A DNA stretch of 64,000 bases. Origin: Wenzhouxiangellaceae bacterium. Lineage in GTDB: Bacteria; Pseudomonadota; Gammaproteobacteria; Xanthomonadales; Wenzhouxiangellaceae. The notes under the pieces are model-generated. The model did no database searches. It was not told the origin of the DNA and saw only the letters and a program-made list of their open reading frames with translations. Shown here one piece after another: positions 36,330 to 46,600 of this stretch; positions within the stretch are counted from its first letter, which is position 1; each line of letters opens with the position of its first letter. A program made the translations under genes and the position numbers. The DNA is taken from contig JBBDSL010000004.1 in assembly GCA_040904965.1 (NCBI GenBank), positions 101 to 64,100 of the forward strand, in the 5' to 3' direction.

Positions 36330-37616
36330 ATGAAGACCGTCGAGTGGAACCGCCTGGACGAGGCCGCCAGGGGCCAGCTGCTGGCGCGGCCGGAAATGGA
36401 AACGGGCGGCGAACTTCAGCGCATCGTCGCCGAAATTACCACTAACGTGCGCGAACGTGGCGACGAAGCAGTTGCTGAATACAGCGCACGCTTCGACGGC
36501 GTCACGCCGCCGGCGCCATGGCAGTCCAGCGCCGATCATGCGCCGCTGGATCCGTCGCTGGATGCGGCCATTGACCGCTCCATCGTCGCCGTGCGCGCCT
36601 TCCACGAGGCCGGCCGGCCGCAAGATTATGCAGTCGAGACCGCGCCCGGCGTCGAATGCCGCATGCGCTATCTGGCGCTGGATCCGGTCGGTCTTTACGT
36701 GCCGGCCGGCAGCGCGCCGTTGCCGTCGACCGCGATCATGCTGCTGGTGCCGGCGCTGCTGGCCGGCTGCAGCAACATCGTGCTGGCCACGCCGCCCGAC
36801 GAAAACGGCCGGGCCGACGACGCGGTGCTGGCCGTGGCGCGCAAGCTGGGCCTGGACCAGGTGCTGATCGCCGGCGGCGCGCAGGCGATCGCGGCGATGG
36901 CCTACGGTACCGAAACCGTGCCAGCCTGCGCCAAGCTTTTTGGTCCGGGCAATCGTTTCGTCGCCGAAGCCAAGCGCCAGGCCGCCACCGACGTCAACGG
37001 CGCGGCCCAGGACCTGCCGGCTGGCCCCTCGGAAGTGCTGGTCATTGCCGACGACTCGGCCAACCCGGAATGGGTGGCCATCGACCTGCTCAGCCAGGCC
37101 GAGCACGGCCCGGACTCTCAAGTGCTCCTGGCGACTGCGTCGGCGCAGTTGGCCGAGGCGGTGAAAGGCCAGATCGAAAAGCTGCTTGCGCGCCTATCGC
37201 GCTCAGAAACTACAGCGAACGCACTTGAACATGCCGCCATCGTGCTGGTAAAAGGCATTGATGATGCGATCGAGGTCAGCGAGCGCTACGCTCCGGAGCA
37301 TCTCATCATCCAGACCCGCGATGCCGAAGGCGTGGCCGCACGCATCACCACCGCGGGTTCGGTGTTCGTCGGCCACTACACGCCCGAATCGTTGGGCGAC
37401 TATGTCTCGGGCACCAACCATACGCTGCCCACCGGCGGCTGGGCGCGCACCGCCAGCGGGCTGGCCGTGGTCGACTTCATGCGCCGGATGACGGTACAGA
37501 CCGCAAGTGCCGCCGGCCTGCGAGAGCTCGGCCCGGCCGCTGCGCGACTGGCCGCGCACGAGGGGCTGGATGCCCATCGTCTGGCCATTGAGCTGCGGCT
37601 GGGAGGTGGGGCATGA
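36330..37616 (+). CDS. hisD: histidinol dehydrogenase
   Basis: 428 aa. SQAEHGPDSQ, YAPEHL and GDY..G.NHTLPT motifs. Confidence 0.9.
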   Translation: MKTVEWNRLDEAARGQLLARPEMETGGELQRIVAEITTNVRERGDEAVAEYSARFDGVTPPAPWQSSADHAPLDPSLDAAIDRSIVAVRAFHEAGRPQDYAVETAPGVECRMRYLALDPVGLYVPAGSAPLPSTAIMLLVPALLAGCSNIVLATPPDENGRADDAVLAVARKLGLDQVLIAGGAQAIAAMAYGTETVPACAKLFGPGNRFVAEAKRQAATDVNGAAQDLPAGPSEVLVIADDSANPEWVAIDLLSQAEHGPDSQVLLATASAQLAEAVKGQIEKLLARLSRSETTANALEHAAIVLVKGIDDAIEVSERYAPEHLIIQTRDAEGVAARITTAGSVFVGHYTPESLGDYVSGTNHTLPTGGWARTASGLAVVDFMRRMTVQTASAAGLRELGPAAARLAAHEGLDAHRLAIELRLGGGA

Positions 37617-37666
37617 GCCGGTTGGTCGCCAATCGGAACTCGCTCCTGCAGGCGCCACCCTGCACC

Positions 37667-37739
37667 GTGGGAGCTTGCTTGCAAGCGAACGGTATGGGTG
37701 CCCGGGCTGCCAATTCTTCGCCTGCAAGCAGGCTCCTAC
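37667..37739. repeat. inverted pair of REP-like elements
   Basis: gtgggagcttgcttgcaagcgaa (37667-37689) and ttcgcctgcaagcaggctcctac (37717-37739), between hisD and hisC. Confidence 0.7.
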
Positions 37740-37800
37740 GAGCGAAGATACCTGTGGGCGCGGTATCCGACCGCGACTGGTCATTGCCGGGTGATCTGAG

Positions 37801-38904
37801 ATGAACGACGCCACCGACTTCACCCGACTGGCCCGGCCCGAGATTCGCGCGCTGCAACCTTACGCCTCGGCGCGCGCGCTGGCCGATGCTGCCGGCATTC
37901 TGCTCAACGCCAACGAGAGTCCGTGGCCGCCGGCCGGCGACGACGGGTTGGCGCTCAACCGCTACCCCGATCCGCAGCCGGCCGGGCTCAAGCAGCGCCT
38001 GGCACAACTGTATGGAACGGTACCGGAGCACCTGTTGGTCACGCGCGGCAGCGACGAGGGCATCGATCTGCTGCTGCGGGTATTCTGCCGGCCCGGAGTC
38101 GACCGCGTGCTGACCTGCCCGCCGTGCTTCGGCATGTACGCATTGTCGGCCCGTGTGCAGGGCGCCGAGGTGATCGAGGCGCCATTGATCGATTGTGGAT
38201 TCGATGGCGGCTGCACCTTCGACTTGCCGCCAGACCTGGAAGAAAAGGCCAACGGTTGCCGGATCGTCTTCCTGTGCTCGCCGAACAACCCCACCGGCAA
38301 CATCATTGATGCCGATCGGGTTGCGGCGCTGGCCGACGCGCAGGCTGGCAGGGGCCTGGTCGTGGTCGACGAGGCTTACGTGGAGTTCGCGCCCGAGACC
38401 TCGATGCTGCCGCTTCTGGAACGGCACCCCAACCTGGTGCTGCTGCGCACGCTGTCGAAAGCCCACGCGCTGGCCGGCTGCCGGCTGGGCAGCGTGATCG
38501 CGCATTCCGAAATCATCGGATTGTTGCGGCGCATCATCGCGCCGTATCCGCTGCCCACGCCGACCGTGGCGATCGCACTGCGGGCGCTGGCCGACGCGGC
38601 ACTGGCCGCCCAGCGCGAGCACCTGGCAACGCTGGCCGACGAACGCGCGCGCCTGGTCGAAGCGCTTGAGGCCGCCCCGGGAATTACCAAGGTCTGGAAC
38701 AGTGCGGCCAACTTCGTGCTGGTGCGCGCCGTCGACGGCAAGCGGCTGGTCGCCGATGCGGCGCGGGCTGGTATACGGCTGCGCGATCAGTCGGCGCAGC
38801 CGGGCCTGGCCGACTGCGTCCGGATCACGCTGGGCACGCCGGGAGAAAACGCCGCGCTGATTGATTTCCTGAACGAATGGATCCCGGGGGCGTCGCAGCC
38901 ATGA
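37801..38904 (+). CDS. hisC: histidinol-phosphate aminotransferase
   Basis: 367 aa. NANESPW, YPDP, TLSKAHALAGCRLG (PLP lysine). Confidence 0.9.
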   Translation: MNDATDFTRLARPEIRALQPYASARALADAAGILLNANESPWPPAGDDGLALNRYPDPQPAGLKQRLAQLYGTVPEHLLVTRGSDEGIDLLLRVFCRPGVDRVLTCPPCFGMYALSARVQGAEVIEAPLIDCGFDGGCTFDLPPDLEEKANGCRIVFLCSPNNPTGNIIDADRVAALADAQAGRGLVVVDEAYVEFAPETSMLPLLERHPNLVLLRTLSKAHALAGCRLGSVIAHSEIIGLLRRIIAPYPLPTPTVAIALRALADAALAAQREHLATLADERARLVEALEAAPGITKVWNSAANFVLVRAVDGKRLVADAARAGIRLRDQSAQPGLADCVRITLGTPGENAALIDFLNEWIPGASQP

Positions 38905-39968
38905 GTTACCGCAAGATCCTGTTCATCGACCGCGACGGTTGCCTGATCGAGGAACCCGGGGACGAACAGGTCGATTCGCTGGAAAAATTCCGGCTGATGC
39001 CCGGCGTCATCCCGGCGCTGCTCCGGGTCAAGCAAGCCGGGTACCGCTTTGTCATGGTCAGCAACCAGGACGGCCTGGGCACCGATTCCTTCCCCGAAGA
39101 GCAGTTCCGCGGCCCGCACGAGTTGCTGCTGCAGATTCTCGGCTCGCAGGGCATCGCATTCGACGCCGAGCACATCGACCCCAGCCTGCCCGAAGACAAC
39201 AGCCCGAACCGCAAGCCGGGCGTGGGCATGCTGCTGGAATACCTGCGCGATCCCGATCTGGACCGCGAACGTTCGGCAGTGATCGGCGACCGTGAAACCG
39301 ACATGCAACTGGCCCGGAACATGGGCCTGCAGGGCTTGCGCGTCGGGGCCGATTACATGGATTGGCCGGAAGTCGCCGCCAGGCTGATTGACCAGCCGCG
39401 CACGGCCAGGGTGGAACGCACGACCAACGAGACCGCCATAGAGGTCGCGGTCAACCTGGACGCCAACACGCCCATCGCCAACAGCACCGGCATCGGCTTC
39501 TTCGACCACATGCTCGACCAACTCGCCGCCCACGGCGGGTTCGCGCTGGGGTTGAGCTGCAAGGGCGACCTGCACATCGATGAGCACCACACGGTCGAGG
39601 ACTGCGCGCTGGCGCTGGGCGAAGCGCTGGACCGCGCGCTGGGCGACCGGCGCGGCATCGGGCGTTATGGGTTTACCTTGCCCATGGACGAATCCCTGGC
39701 CCAGGTGGCCGTGGACCTGTCGGGTCGCCCGGTGTTCGTGCTCGACGGCGAATTCCCGCGCGAGTCAGTCGGTGGCCTGCACACCGAAATGGTCAGCCAT
39801 TTCTTTGCCTCGCTGGCGCAGAAGCTGCGCTGCGCCATCCACATCAAGCTTGCCGGCGACAACACCCACCACCTGGTCGAAGCCTGCTTCAAGGGCGTCG
39901 GTCGCGCGCTGCGCCCGGCGCTGGCCAAAGGCGAAGGCGGCACCCCGTCGACCAAGGGGATGCTGTAA
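38901..39968 (+). CDS. hisB: bifunctional histidinol-phosphatase/imidazoleglycerol-phosphate dehydratase
   Basis: Start trimmed to MSYRKILFIDRDGCLIEEP (ATGA overlap with hisC). The IGPD half has FFDHMLDQL and HHTVEDCALALG. Confidence 0.9.
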   Translation: MSYRKILFIDRDGCLIEEPGDEQVDSLEKFRLMPGVIPALLRVKQAGYRFVMVSNQDGLGTDSFPEEQFRGPHELLLQILGSQGIAFDAEHIDPSLPEDNSPNRKPGVGMLLEYLRDPDLDRERSAVIGDRETDMQLARNMGLQGLRVGADYMDWPEVAARLIDQPRTARVERTTNETAIEVAVNLDANTPIANSTGIGFFDHMLDQLAAHGGFALGLSCKGDLHIDEHHTVEDCALALGEALDRALGDRRGIGRYGFTLPMDESLAQVAVDLSGRPVFVLDGEFPRESVGGLHTEMVSHFFASLAQKLRCAIHIKLAGDNTHHLVEACFKGVGRALRPALAKGEGGTPSTKGML

Positions 39969-39977
39969 TGAGTGTTC

Positions 39978-40217
39978 GGGACTCGGGACTCGGGACTCGG
40001 GACTCGAGGGGCGGTCGAGGATCCGGGCATGTGGTCGAATCGTCGCCTGCTCGGCGATTTCGGCTTTTGCCGGACCGGGACTCGGGACTCGAAGTCATCG
40101 GACCCGCGTTGCTTGTTTTTTATCAATGGCAGATATGTCAGATGCTCGGACAAATCCTGTATCCGCGGCACCGCGCGCGATCGACCTGCGAGTCCCGAGT
40201 CCCGAGTCCCGAGTCCC
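39978..40217. repeat. hairpin element with heptamer arms (GGGACTC x4 / GAGTCCC x4)
   Basis: Left arm 39978-40005, internal partial copy about 40078-40095, right arm 40190-40217. It fills the hisB-hisH gap. Confidence 0.85.
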
Positions 40218-40296
40218 GAATCCATGGCCCTCGTCAAATTCCGATCAATGCCCTTGATCTTGATGGGGCGCCCGTGTTCAGCACAGGCGTCTTGCC

Positions 40297-40890
40297 GTGA
40301 CCATCGCGGTGATCAACTCCGGCGGGGCCAACCTGGGGTCCGTGGCGCAGGCGCTGAACCGGCTTGGCGCCGAGAGCGTGCTGACGCGCGATGCCGATGT
40401 TATCCGGAATGCCTCGCGCGTGATCCTGCCGGGCGTGGGCGCGGCGGCCTGGGCCATGAACGCATTGCGTGAGCACGGACTGGTCGAGGTGATCCGCGGA
40501 CTGACCCAGCCGGTGCTGGGAGTATGTCTCGGGTTGCAACTGCTGTTTGAATCCTCCGAGGAAGGCGATACGTCGTGCCTCGGGCTGATCCCGGGCCGCG
40601 TCACGCGGCTGCCGGCGAGACCCGGCCTGCGCCTGCCGCACATGGGCTGGAATCAACTGAAGTGGACAACCGGTGATCGACTGGCGCGCGGCCTGACGGG
40701 CGACGAGTGGTTCTACTTCGTCCACAGCTATGCCGCGCCGGCCGGGGCCGCCGTGGCTACCAGCGAACACGGCCGCAAATTCGCCGCGGTCGTGCGCCAT
40801 GAAAACTTCGCCGCCTGCCAGTTTCACCCGGAAAAATCGGCTGGCGCCGGCGCCCGGCTGTTGCGGAATTTCCTGGAGGGTGGGGCGTGA
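40297..40890 (+). CDS. hisH: imidazole glycerol phosphate synthase, glutaminase subunit
   Basis: 197 aa with a GTG start. ILPGVGA, GVCLGLQLL, PHMGWN, QFHPEKS. Confidence 0.9.
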   Translation: MTIAVINSGGANLGSVAQALNRLGAESVLTRDADVIRNASRVILPGVGAAAWAMNALREHGLVEVIRGLTQPVLGVCLGLQLLFESSEEGDTSCLGLIPGRVTRLPARPGLRLPHMGWNQLKWTTGDRLARGLTGDEWFYFVHSYAAPAGAAVATSEHGRKFAAVVRHENFAACQFHPEKSAGAGARLLRNFLEGGA

Positions 40891-40895
40891 ATCCT

Positions 40896-41097
40896 GAAAA
40901 GCGGTTAACCACGAAGGGCACGAAGGACACGAAGAAAGCGAACAAACCTTTTTTACCGCAGATGAACGCGGATGAACGCAGATGAAAAACCTGAAAAGCT
41001 GTAACACGAAGGCCACGAAGAAATTATGAATCAGAAAAATCATCCAATCGCTTTTCCTTCGTGTTCTTCGTGCTCTTCGTGGTTCAATGCTTTTTTG
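40896..41097. repeat. composite hairpin element: 9-mer arms (CACGAAGRR) enclosing a GATGAACGC. tandem block
   Basis: cacgaagggcacgaaggacacgaagaa (40910-40936), ccgcagatgaacgcggatgaacgcagatga (40956-40985), cacgaaggccacgaagaa (41005-41022), and the inverse ccttcgtgttcttcgtgctcttcgtgg (41056-41082). Confidence 0.85.
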
Positions 41098-41123
41098 CTC
41101 CTGTCTGCAAGCGAGGAATTCGT

Positions 41124-41870
41124 ATGATTCTGATCCCCGCCATAGATCTCCGCCACGGTCGCGTCGTGCGGTTGCAGCAGGGCGATTACGCGCGCGAGAC
41201 GCGCTATGCCGAAACCGCGCTGGCCCAGGCCCGGCTGTACGAGAAGGCCGGTGCGAAGGTATTGCATGTCGTCGATCTCGACGCCGCGCTGGACGGCGGC
41301 GACGGCAACCTGGCGTTGGTCGCCGAACTCTGCGGCGCGCTGGACATCCCGGTCCAGACCGGCGGTGGCGTGCGCGACGAGGCCGACGTCAAGGCGCGCC
41401 TGGATGCGGGTGCGGCCCGCGTGGTCACCGGCAGCGTGTGCGTGCGCGATCCGCAAACCGTGTGCGAATGGATCGAATCATTCGGCGCCGAGCGGATCGT
41501 CGCCGGCCTGGACGTCAAGCGCGATGCCGGTGGGCGATGGATGCCACAGGCGGCCGGATGGACCGAGTCCGGCGAGGAGGATCTGTTCGAGTTGCTGGAG
41601 CAACTCACCGGTGCCGGCCTGGACCACCTGCTGTGCACCGACATCGAGCGCGACGGCATGCTGACCGGAGCCGGCGTCGAGTTGTACGAGGAGTTGCGGG
41701 AGCGCTTTCCGACGCTGAGTATCCAGGCCTCCGGCGGCATTGGCTCGGAAGCCGATATCGAGGCGGTGGCCGCGACCGGCGCGCACGGCTGCATCGTCGG
41801 CCGCGCGTTGCTCGAAGGCCGCGTGCCCATAGGCGCAATCGGTCGGTACCAACAAGAGCGTGCCCGGTAA
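41124..41870 (+). CDS. hisA: ProFAR isomerase
   Basis: Start trimmed to [22 protein letters not shown]. Confidence 0.9.
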   Translation: MILIPAIDLRHGRVVRLQQGDYARETRYAETALAQARLYEKAGAKVLHVVDLDAALDGGDGNLALVAELCGALDIPVQTGGGVRDEADVKARLDAGAARVVTGSVCVRDPQTVCEWIESFGAERIVAGLDVKRDAGGRWMPQAAGWTESGEEDLFELLEQLTGAGLDHLLCTDIERDGMLTGAGVELYEELRERFPTLSIQASGGIGSEADIEAVAATGAHGCIVGRALLEGRVPIGAIGRYQQERAR

Positions 41871-42637
41871 TGGTCGCGGTGCGCATCATTCCATGCCTGG
41901 ACGTGCGCGCGGGCCGCGTGGTCAAGGGCGTGAAGTTTCGCGACCACGCCGACATGGGCGACATCATCGAGCGCGCGCAGGCCTACCGTGACCAGGGCGC
42001 CGACGAGCTGGTGTTCTACGACATCACCGCCAGCCCGGAGGCCCGGAGCGTGGACGTCGAGTGGGTAGCGCGCGTGGCCGCCGAAATCGACATCCCGTTC
42101 GCCGTCGCCGGCGGCATTCGCGACGTCGAACGCGCCCGCGCCGTGTTGCACGCCGGCGCCGACAAGATTTCGGTCAACAGCCCAGCGCTGAAACGGCCCG
42201 AACTGGTGCGCGAACTGGCCGACGCCTTCGGCAGCCAGTGCGTGGTCATCGGCATCGATTCGATTCGTGAAGGTGGCCAATACCGCCTGCGCGCCAACAC
42301 CGGCGACCCGGACAACATGGTAGACCCGAAGCTCGATACCCGCGCCTGGATCGAGCAGGTGCAGCAACTTGGCGCCGGCGAGATCGTGCTCAACTGCATG
42401 GATGCCGACGGCGTGCGAGCCGGCTACGACATCGAGCAGCTCAGCGAGATGCGCGCGATCTGCGACGTACCCCTGATCGCCTCGGGCGGCGCCGGAAAAC
42501 GTGAGCACTTCCTCGAAGTATTCGAACAAGCCGACGTCGACGGCGCCCTGGCCGCAACCGTGTTTCATTCCAGTCAGATCCTCATCCCCGAGCTGAAGGA
42601 ATGGCTTCGACAACACGGTATCGAGACAAGAACGTGA
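41870..42637 (+). CDS. hisF: imidazole glycerol phosphate synthase, cyclase subunit
   Basis: Start [23 protein letters not shown], overlapping the hisA stop (TAATG). The 516-aa track ORF is an upstream frame extension. Confidence 0.9.
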   Translation: MVAVRIIPCLDVRAGRVVKGVKFRDHADMGDIIERAQAYRDQGADELVFYDITASPEARSVDVEWVARVAAEIDIPFAVAGGIRDVERARAVLHAGADKISVNSPALKRPELVRELADAFGSQCVVIGIDSIREGGQYRLRANTGDPDNMVDPKLDTRAWIEQVQQLGAGEIVLNCMDADGVRAGYDIEQLSEMRAICDVPLIASGGAGKREHFLEVFEQADVDGALAATVFHSSQILIPELKEWLRQHGIETRT

Positions 42638-42657
42638 AAAATCTTTAAAAAAAGCAG

Positions 42658-42838
42658 GACACGAAGAGCGCGAAGAAGGCACGAAGGACACGAAGGAAAA
42701 GCCAATGCGCGCCAACTGAACTGTCAACGACATGGGGCGAACGGTTTTGCCTTTTATTCTGACTGGTTATTCTTCGTGCCCATCTTCGTGCTCTTCGTGT
42801 AACGCTTTTGATCATCATCCGCGTTCATCTGCGGTTAC
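42658..42838. repeat. hairpin element with CACGAAGRR-type arms plus a terminal gcgttcatctgcgg unit
   Basis: gacacgaagagcgcgaagaaggcacgaaggacacgaagg ... ttcttcgtgcccatcttcgtgctcttcgtg ... catccgcgttcatctgcggttac. Confidence 0.8.
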
Positions 42839-42857
42839 ACAATCAAGGATCTCCGCC

Positions 42858-43469
42858 ATGACCAACGAACTCGATCAAGCCGACTGGCAGAAAGCTGACG
42901 GGCTGCTGCCAGCCGTTGTCCAGGACACCGGCACCGGACGGGTGCTGATGCTGGGCTATATGAACCGCGAGGCGCTGGAGAAGACGCAGGCGACCGGCCA
43001 CGTGACGTTCTTCTCCCGTAGCAAGCAGCGCCTGTGGACCAAGGGCGAGACTTCGGGCAACACGCTGGAGCTTGTCGGCATGCAGCTCGACTGCGACCGC
43101 GACACGCTGCTCGTCCAGGCCATACCGCACGGCCCGACCTGCCACCTGGGCACCGAAACCTGCTGGGGCGATGCAGTCAATCCGTCGGTCGGTTTTCTGG
43201 CCGAGCTTGAACGCATCATCGAATCCCGCAAGGGCGCCGATCCCGATTCCAGCTACACCGCCAGGCTGCTGGAAGCGGGCATCAAGCGTTGTGCGCAAAA
43301 GGTCGGTGAAGAAGGTGTGGAGGTCGCCCTGGCCGCCAGCGCCGGCGACCGCGAGGAACTGGTCAGCGAATCGGCCGATCTGCTGTATCACCTGCTGGTC
43401 GTGCTCGCCGCCGGCGACGTATCGCTGGAAGAGATCTGCCGGCAACTGGAATCGCGGCATCGGAAATGA
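42858..43469 (+). CDS. hisIE: bifunctional phosphoribosyl-AMP cyclohydrolase/phosphoribosyl-ATP pyrophosphatase
   Basis: Start trimmed to [37 protein letters not shown] and the C-terminal [11 protein letters not shown]. Confidence 0.9.
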   Translation: MTNELDQADWQKADGLLPAVVQDTGTGRVLMLGYMNREALEKTQATGHVTFFSRSKQRLWTKGETSGNTLELVGMQLDCDRDTLLVQAIPHGPTCHLGTETCWGDAVNPSVGFLAELERIIESRKGADPDSSYTARLLEAGIKRCAQKVGEEGVEVALAASAGDREELVSESADLLYHLLVVLAAGDVSLEEICRQLESRHRK

Positions 43470-43610
43470 CAAAGAGGCACTTTGCATACACTCATTTGCC
43501 GGGCCGTTCATTCCGGCATGCCGACAGGCTGTTTATACTGCAACCGTGACCATTCACTACTTGGTTCGGCGGGCGGCTTTTAGGCTCGGTGCCGGGCCGG
43601 CCGGAGGGCG

Positions 43611-46600
43611 GTGTTGATCCAGGCTTTGAAATTTCCGTTTGCTGGGCGGCTGTTGCTGCTTGGCTCATTGCTGTTGTATGCCGGTACCGTTACTGTGGCC
43701 GGCACGGATACGGTGCTGGCGCCGGTGTGGAAAACGGCGTTCGAGCGTATCGGTCTGGAGCAGGGTCTGTCGCAGAGCGTGGTGACGTCGATTCACCGCG
43801 ACGAGCTGGGCTTTCTCTGGTTTGGTACGCAGGAAGGGCTGAATCGCTATGACGGCCACGGCTTCAAGGTGTTCCGGCACGACCCAACCGACCCGGATTC
43901 GCTGAGCAGCAGTTCGATCGAGGCGATCACCGGCGACCGCCGGGGCCGGCTCTGGCTGGGTACCGATGACGGCGGCGTCAATATCCTGGATCCCCGGACC
44001 GGCGAGATTGTTGTGTTGCGCGGCGACTCGCCGGAACCCGGTGACGATGCTTCGGATGCTGACGATTCTGTCGAACAACGCAGCCTCAGTCATGACCGGG
44101 TGCTGGACATCGCCATGGCGCCGGACGGGGCCATGTGGCTGGGTACCGAGCGCGGGCTGGACCGGGTGGACCCGGATACGTTCGCGGTCCAGCGCCAGGC
44201 CGCCCCGGTTACGGGCACGGGGCTGGCCGGCACGGCGGTTACGCGCGTGCTGGTCGACGATGACGGGCGCATCTGGGCGGGCACGCGCGAAGAAGGTTTA
44301 TACCTGATCGACGACGGCCGGGTCGAAAGCTATGGAACTGACGCGCCGAATACCCGCCGGTTGGCCGGGGATAGGATCACCGACCTGGCGGTTGGGGCCA
44401 ATGGCGGCGTCTGGGTGGCGACACGCGACGGCGGGCTGGACCGGATCGACCGCCAAGGCGTGTCGTTGTCGTCCCGTGGTGCTATGGCCGAAGCATCGAT
44501 CGCCGAGCGTGATCGGTTACCGTCAAGTGGCCTGACCGCGCTGCACGCCGACGACGACCGCAGCCTGCTGGTCGGCAGCGCGGCCGGTGTGCTCTACCGG
44601 ATCGACCGGGACATGCGCATTCTTTCCCGCCACCGGCATATGGCCGGCGATCCGGACAGCATTGCCCCCGGCGAGATTCTGGTGATCCACGTGGACCCGC
44701 AAGGCGTGATCTGGACCAGCAGCTACGCCGGCGGTGTCAGCAAAACCAAGTCGTTGAGCGGTAAGCTGGCCCACGATGTGGTCGGCTTCCCGGCAGAATT
44801 CAGCCGGGTGGTGCGGGCATTCTGGATCGACGAAGACCTGCGCGAGGTCTGGATCGGCACCAGCGACGGACTGGCACAGCTACGGCCGGATCCCGAAGGG
44901 CCGCGAATCTTCCGCCACGCAGGAGACCGTCAGGGTTCCCTCAGCGACGATGTGGTGTACGCGGTGCGGCGCCTGCACAACGGGCAGTTGTGGGTGGGCA
45001 CCCGGACAGGGCTGAATCGTCTGCACCCCGAGACGGGCGATTTCGAGCGTTATCTGAAAGGCGATGGCCGTGGATTGCCCGACAACCGGGTCCGGGATCT
45101 GGCCGAGGACGCGCGGGGCCGACTGTGGATCGCCACCCAGGGCGGTCTGGCGCGCTATGACGACGAGACGGATCGTTTCACGGTGTTCCGTTCGCGTCCC
45201 GGCAGTTCGAACGACGATTCGAACAGCCTGTCGAGCAATGAGTTGACCGCGCTGCACGTCGACGAAGAAGGGTTCATCTGGATCGGCACCAATGTCGCCG
45301 GCCTCAATCGGCTGGATCCGGAGACCGGCGACTTCACCTGGTTCGAAGCCGGACCCGACGGCCTGAGTCACCGTTCGGTGTGGGACGCCGTGCGGATCGG
45401 CGACACGGTCTGGGCAGCCACGTTTTCCGGCGGCCTGAACCGGATCGACCTGTCGTCGGGCAGCGTCACGCATTTTCTCGAGCGCGACGGCCTGGCCAAC
45501 AACGTCGTCTATCGCATCGTTCCCGACGACCGCGGGCGTTTGTGGCTCAGCACCAACGCCAGTATTTCGGTGTTCGATACCGAAGCCGGGCGTTTTCTGA
45601 ATTACAACCCGAGGGACGGATTGCAGAACTACGAGTACAACTCCAACGCCGCGTTTCGTGATGCTGCCGGACGAATCTGGTTCGGGGGCGTTGACGGCAT
45701 CGACATCATCAATGCCTCGGTGGTTGAAACCGACGCATCCGACGCGAGTGCGGTGTTGACCGATTTCAGACTGTTCAATCGCCCGGTGGTTCCCGAAGAC
45801 GACGACCGGGTGGAACTGGACGCGCGCATCGAGTATGCCAATCGCCTCGCGCTTGGCCATCAGGCTCGTGTTTTCTCGATCGGGCTGAGCGCGCTGCATT
45901 TCGCCAATCCCGATACCAATCGTTTGCGCTACCGGCTCGACGGGCTGCACGACGAATGGCTGGAGTCCGACGCCGGCGCGCACGAGGTCACGTTCAATTC
46001 GCTGGACCCCGGTGACTACCGGTTCAGGGTGCAGGCGGCCGCACGCGGCGCGCAATGGGGTCCGGAGCGGACGCTCGAAATCCGGATTCACCCGCCGCCG
46101 TGGCAAAGCCCGTGGGCGTATACCGGGTACGCAGCGGCATTGCTGATTCTGATGCTGCTGGTGGTCCGAAACTACCGGCAACGGATCGCGCGCGAACGCC
46201 GGCGCGTGGAGCAGCTCAACGCCATGGTGATTGATCGAACAGCCGAGCTGCAACGGGTCAACAAAAAGCTGCAGGAGTCGAACCGGCGCCTGGAAGATGC
46301 TGTTCGGCAGGATCCGTTGACCGGGCTGGGCAACCGGCGTGAACTCCTCGAGTTCCTGCCGCGCGAGCAGCCGTTGTCGCTGCGCGCCTACAGCGACTGG
46401 ATACGCGATGGGTGCACCGGCCCGGAGCCCCAACATGCGCGGATGTGTCTGCTGGCCGTCGACATCGACGATTTCAAGCTCATCAACGACACCTGGGGGC
46501 ACCTGGGCGGTGACCAGGTGCTCGGCGGATTTGCCACGCAGCTTCACGATCACTGCCGTGCTTCGGACCTGGTCGTGCGCTGGGGCGGCGAAGAGTTCCT

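Noticed and set aside
39972-40472. ORFs spanning the hisB-hisH spacer. Similar ORFs cross the other his spacers (for example 40234-41043 and 41040-41456).
   Set aside because: They are built from tandem-repeat arms ([27 protein letters not shown]) and overlap real his genes in the wrong frame.
41087-42637. 516-aa ORF suggesting a fused HisA-HisF-like protein.
   Set aside because: The first 260 codons are an out-of-frame read-through of hisA. The HisF sequence starts at the ATG at 41870, which overlaps the hisA stop.
39978-42838. Possible CRISPR arrays, because of many short direct repeats.
   Set aside because: The repeat units are only 7-10 nt and directly abutting, with no spacers, and they are arranged as inverted arms. 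There are no cas genes. This is not CRISPR architecture.
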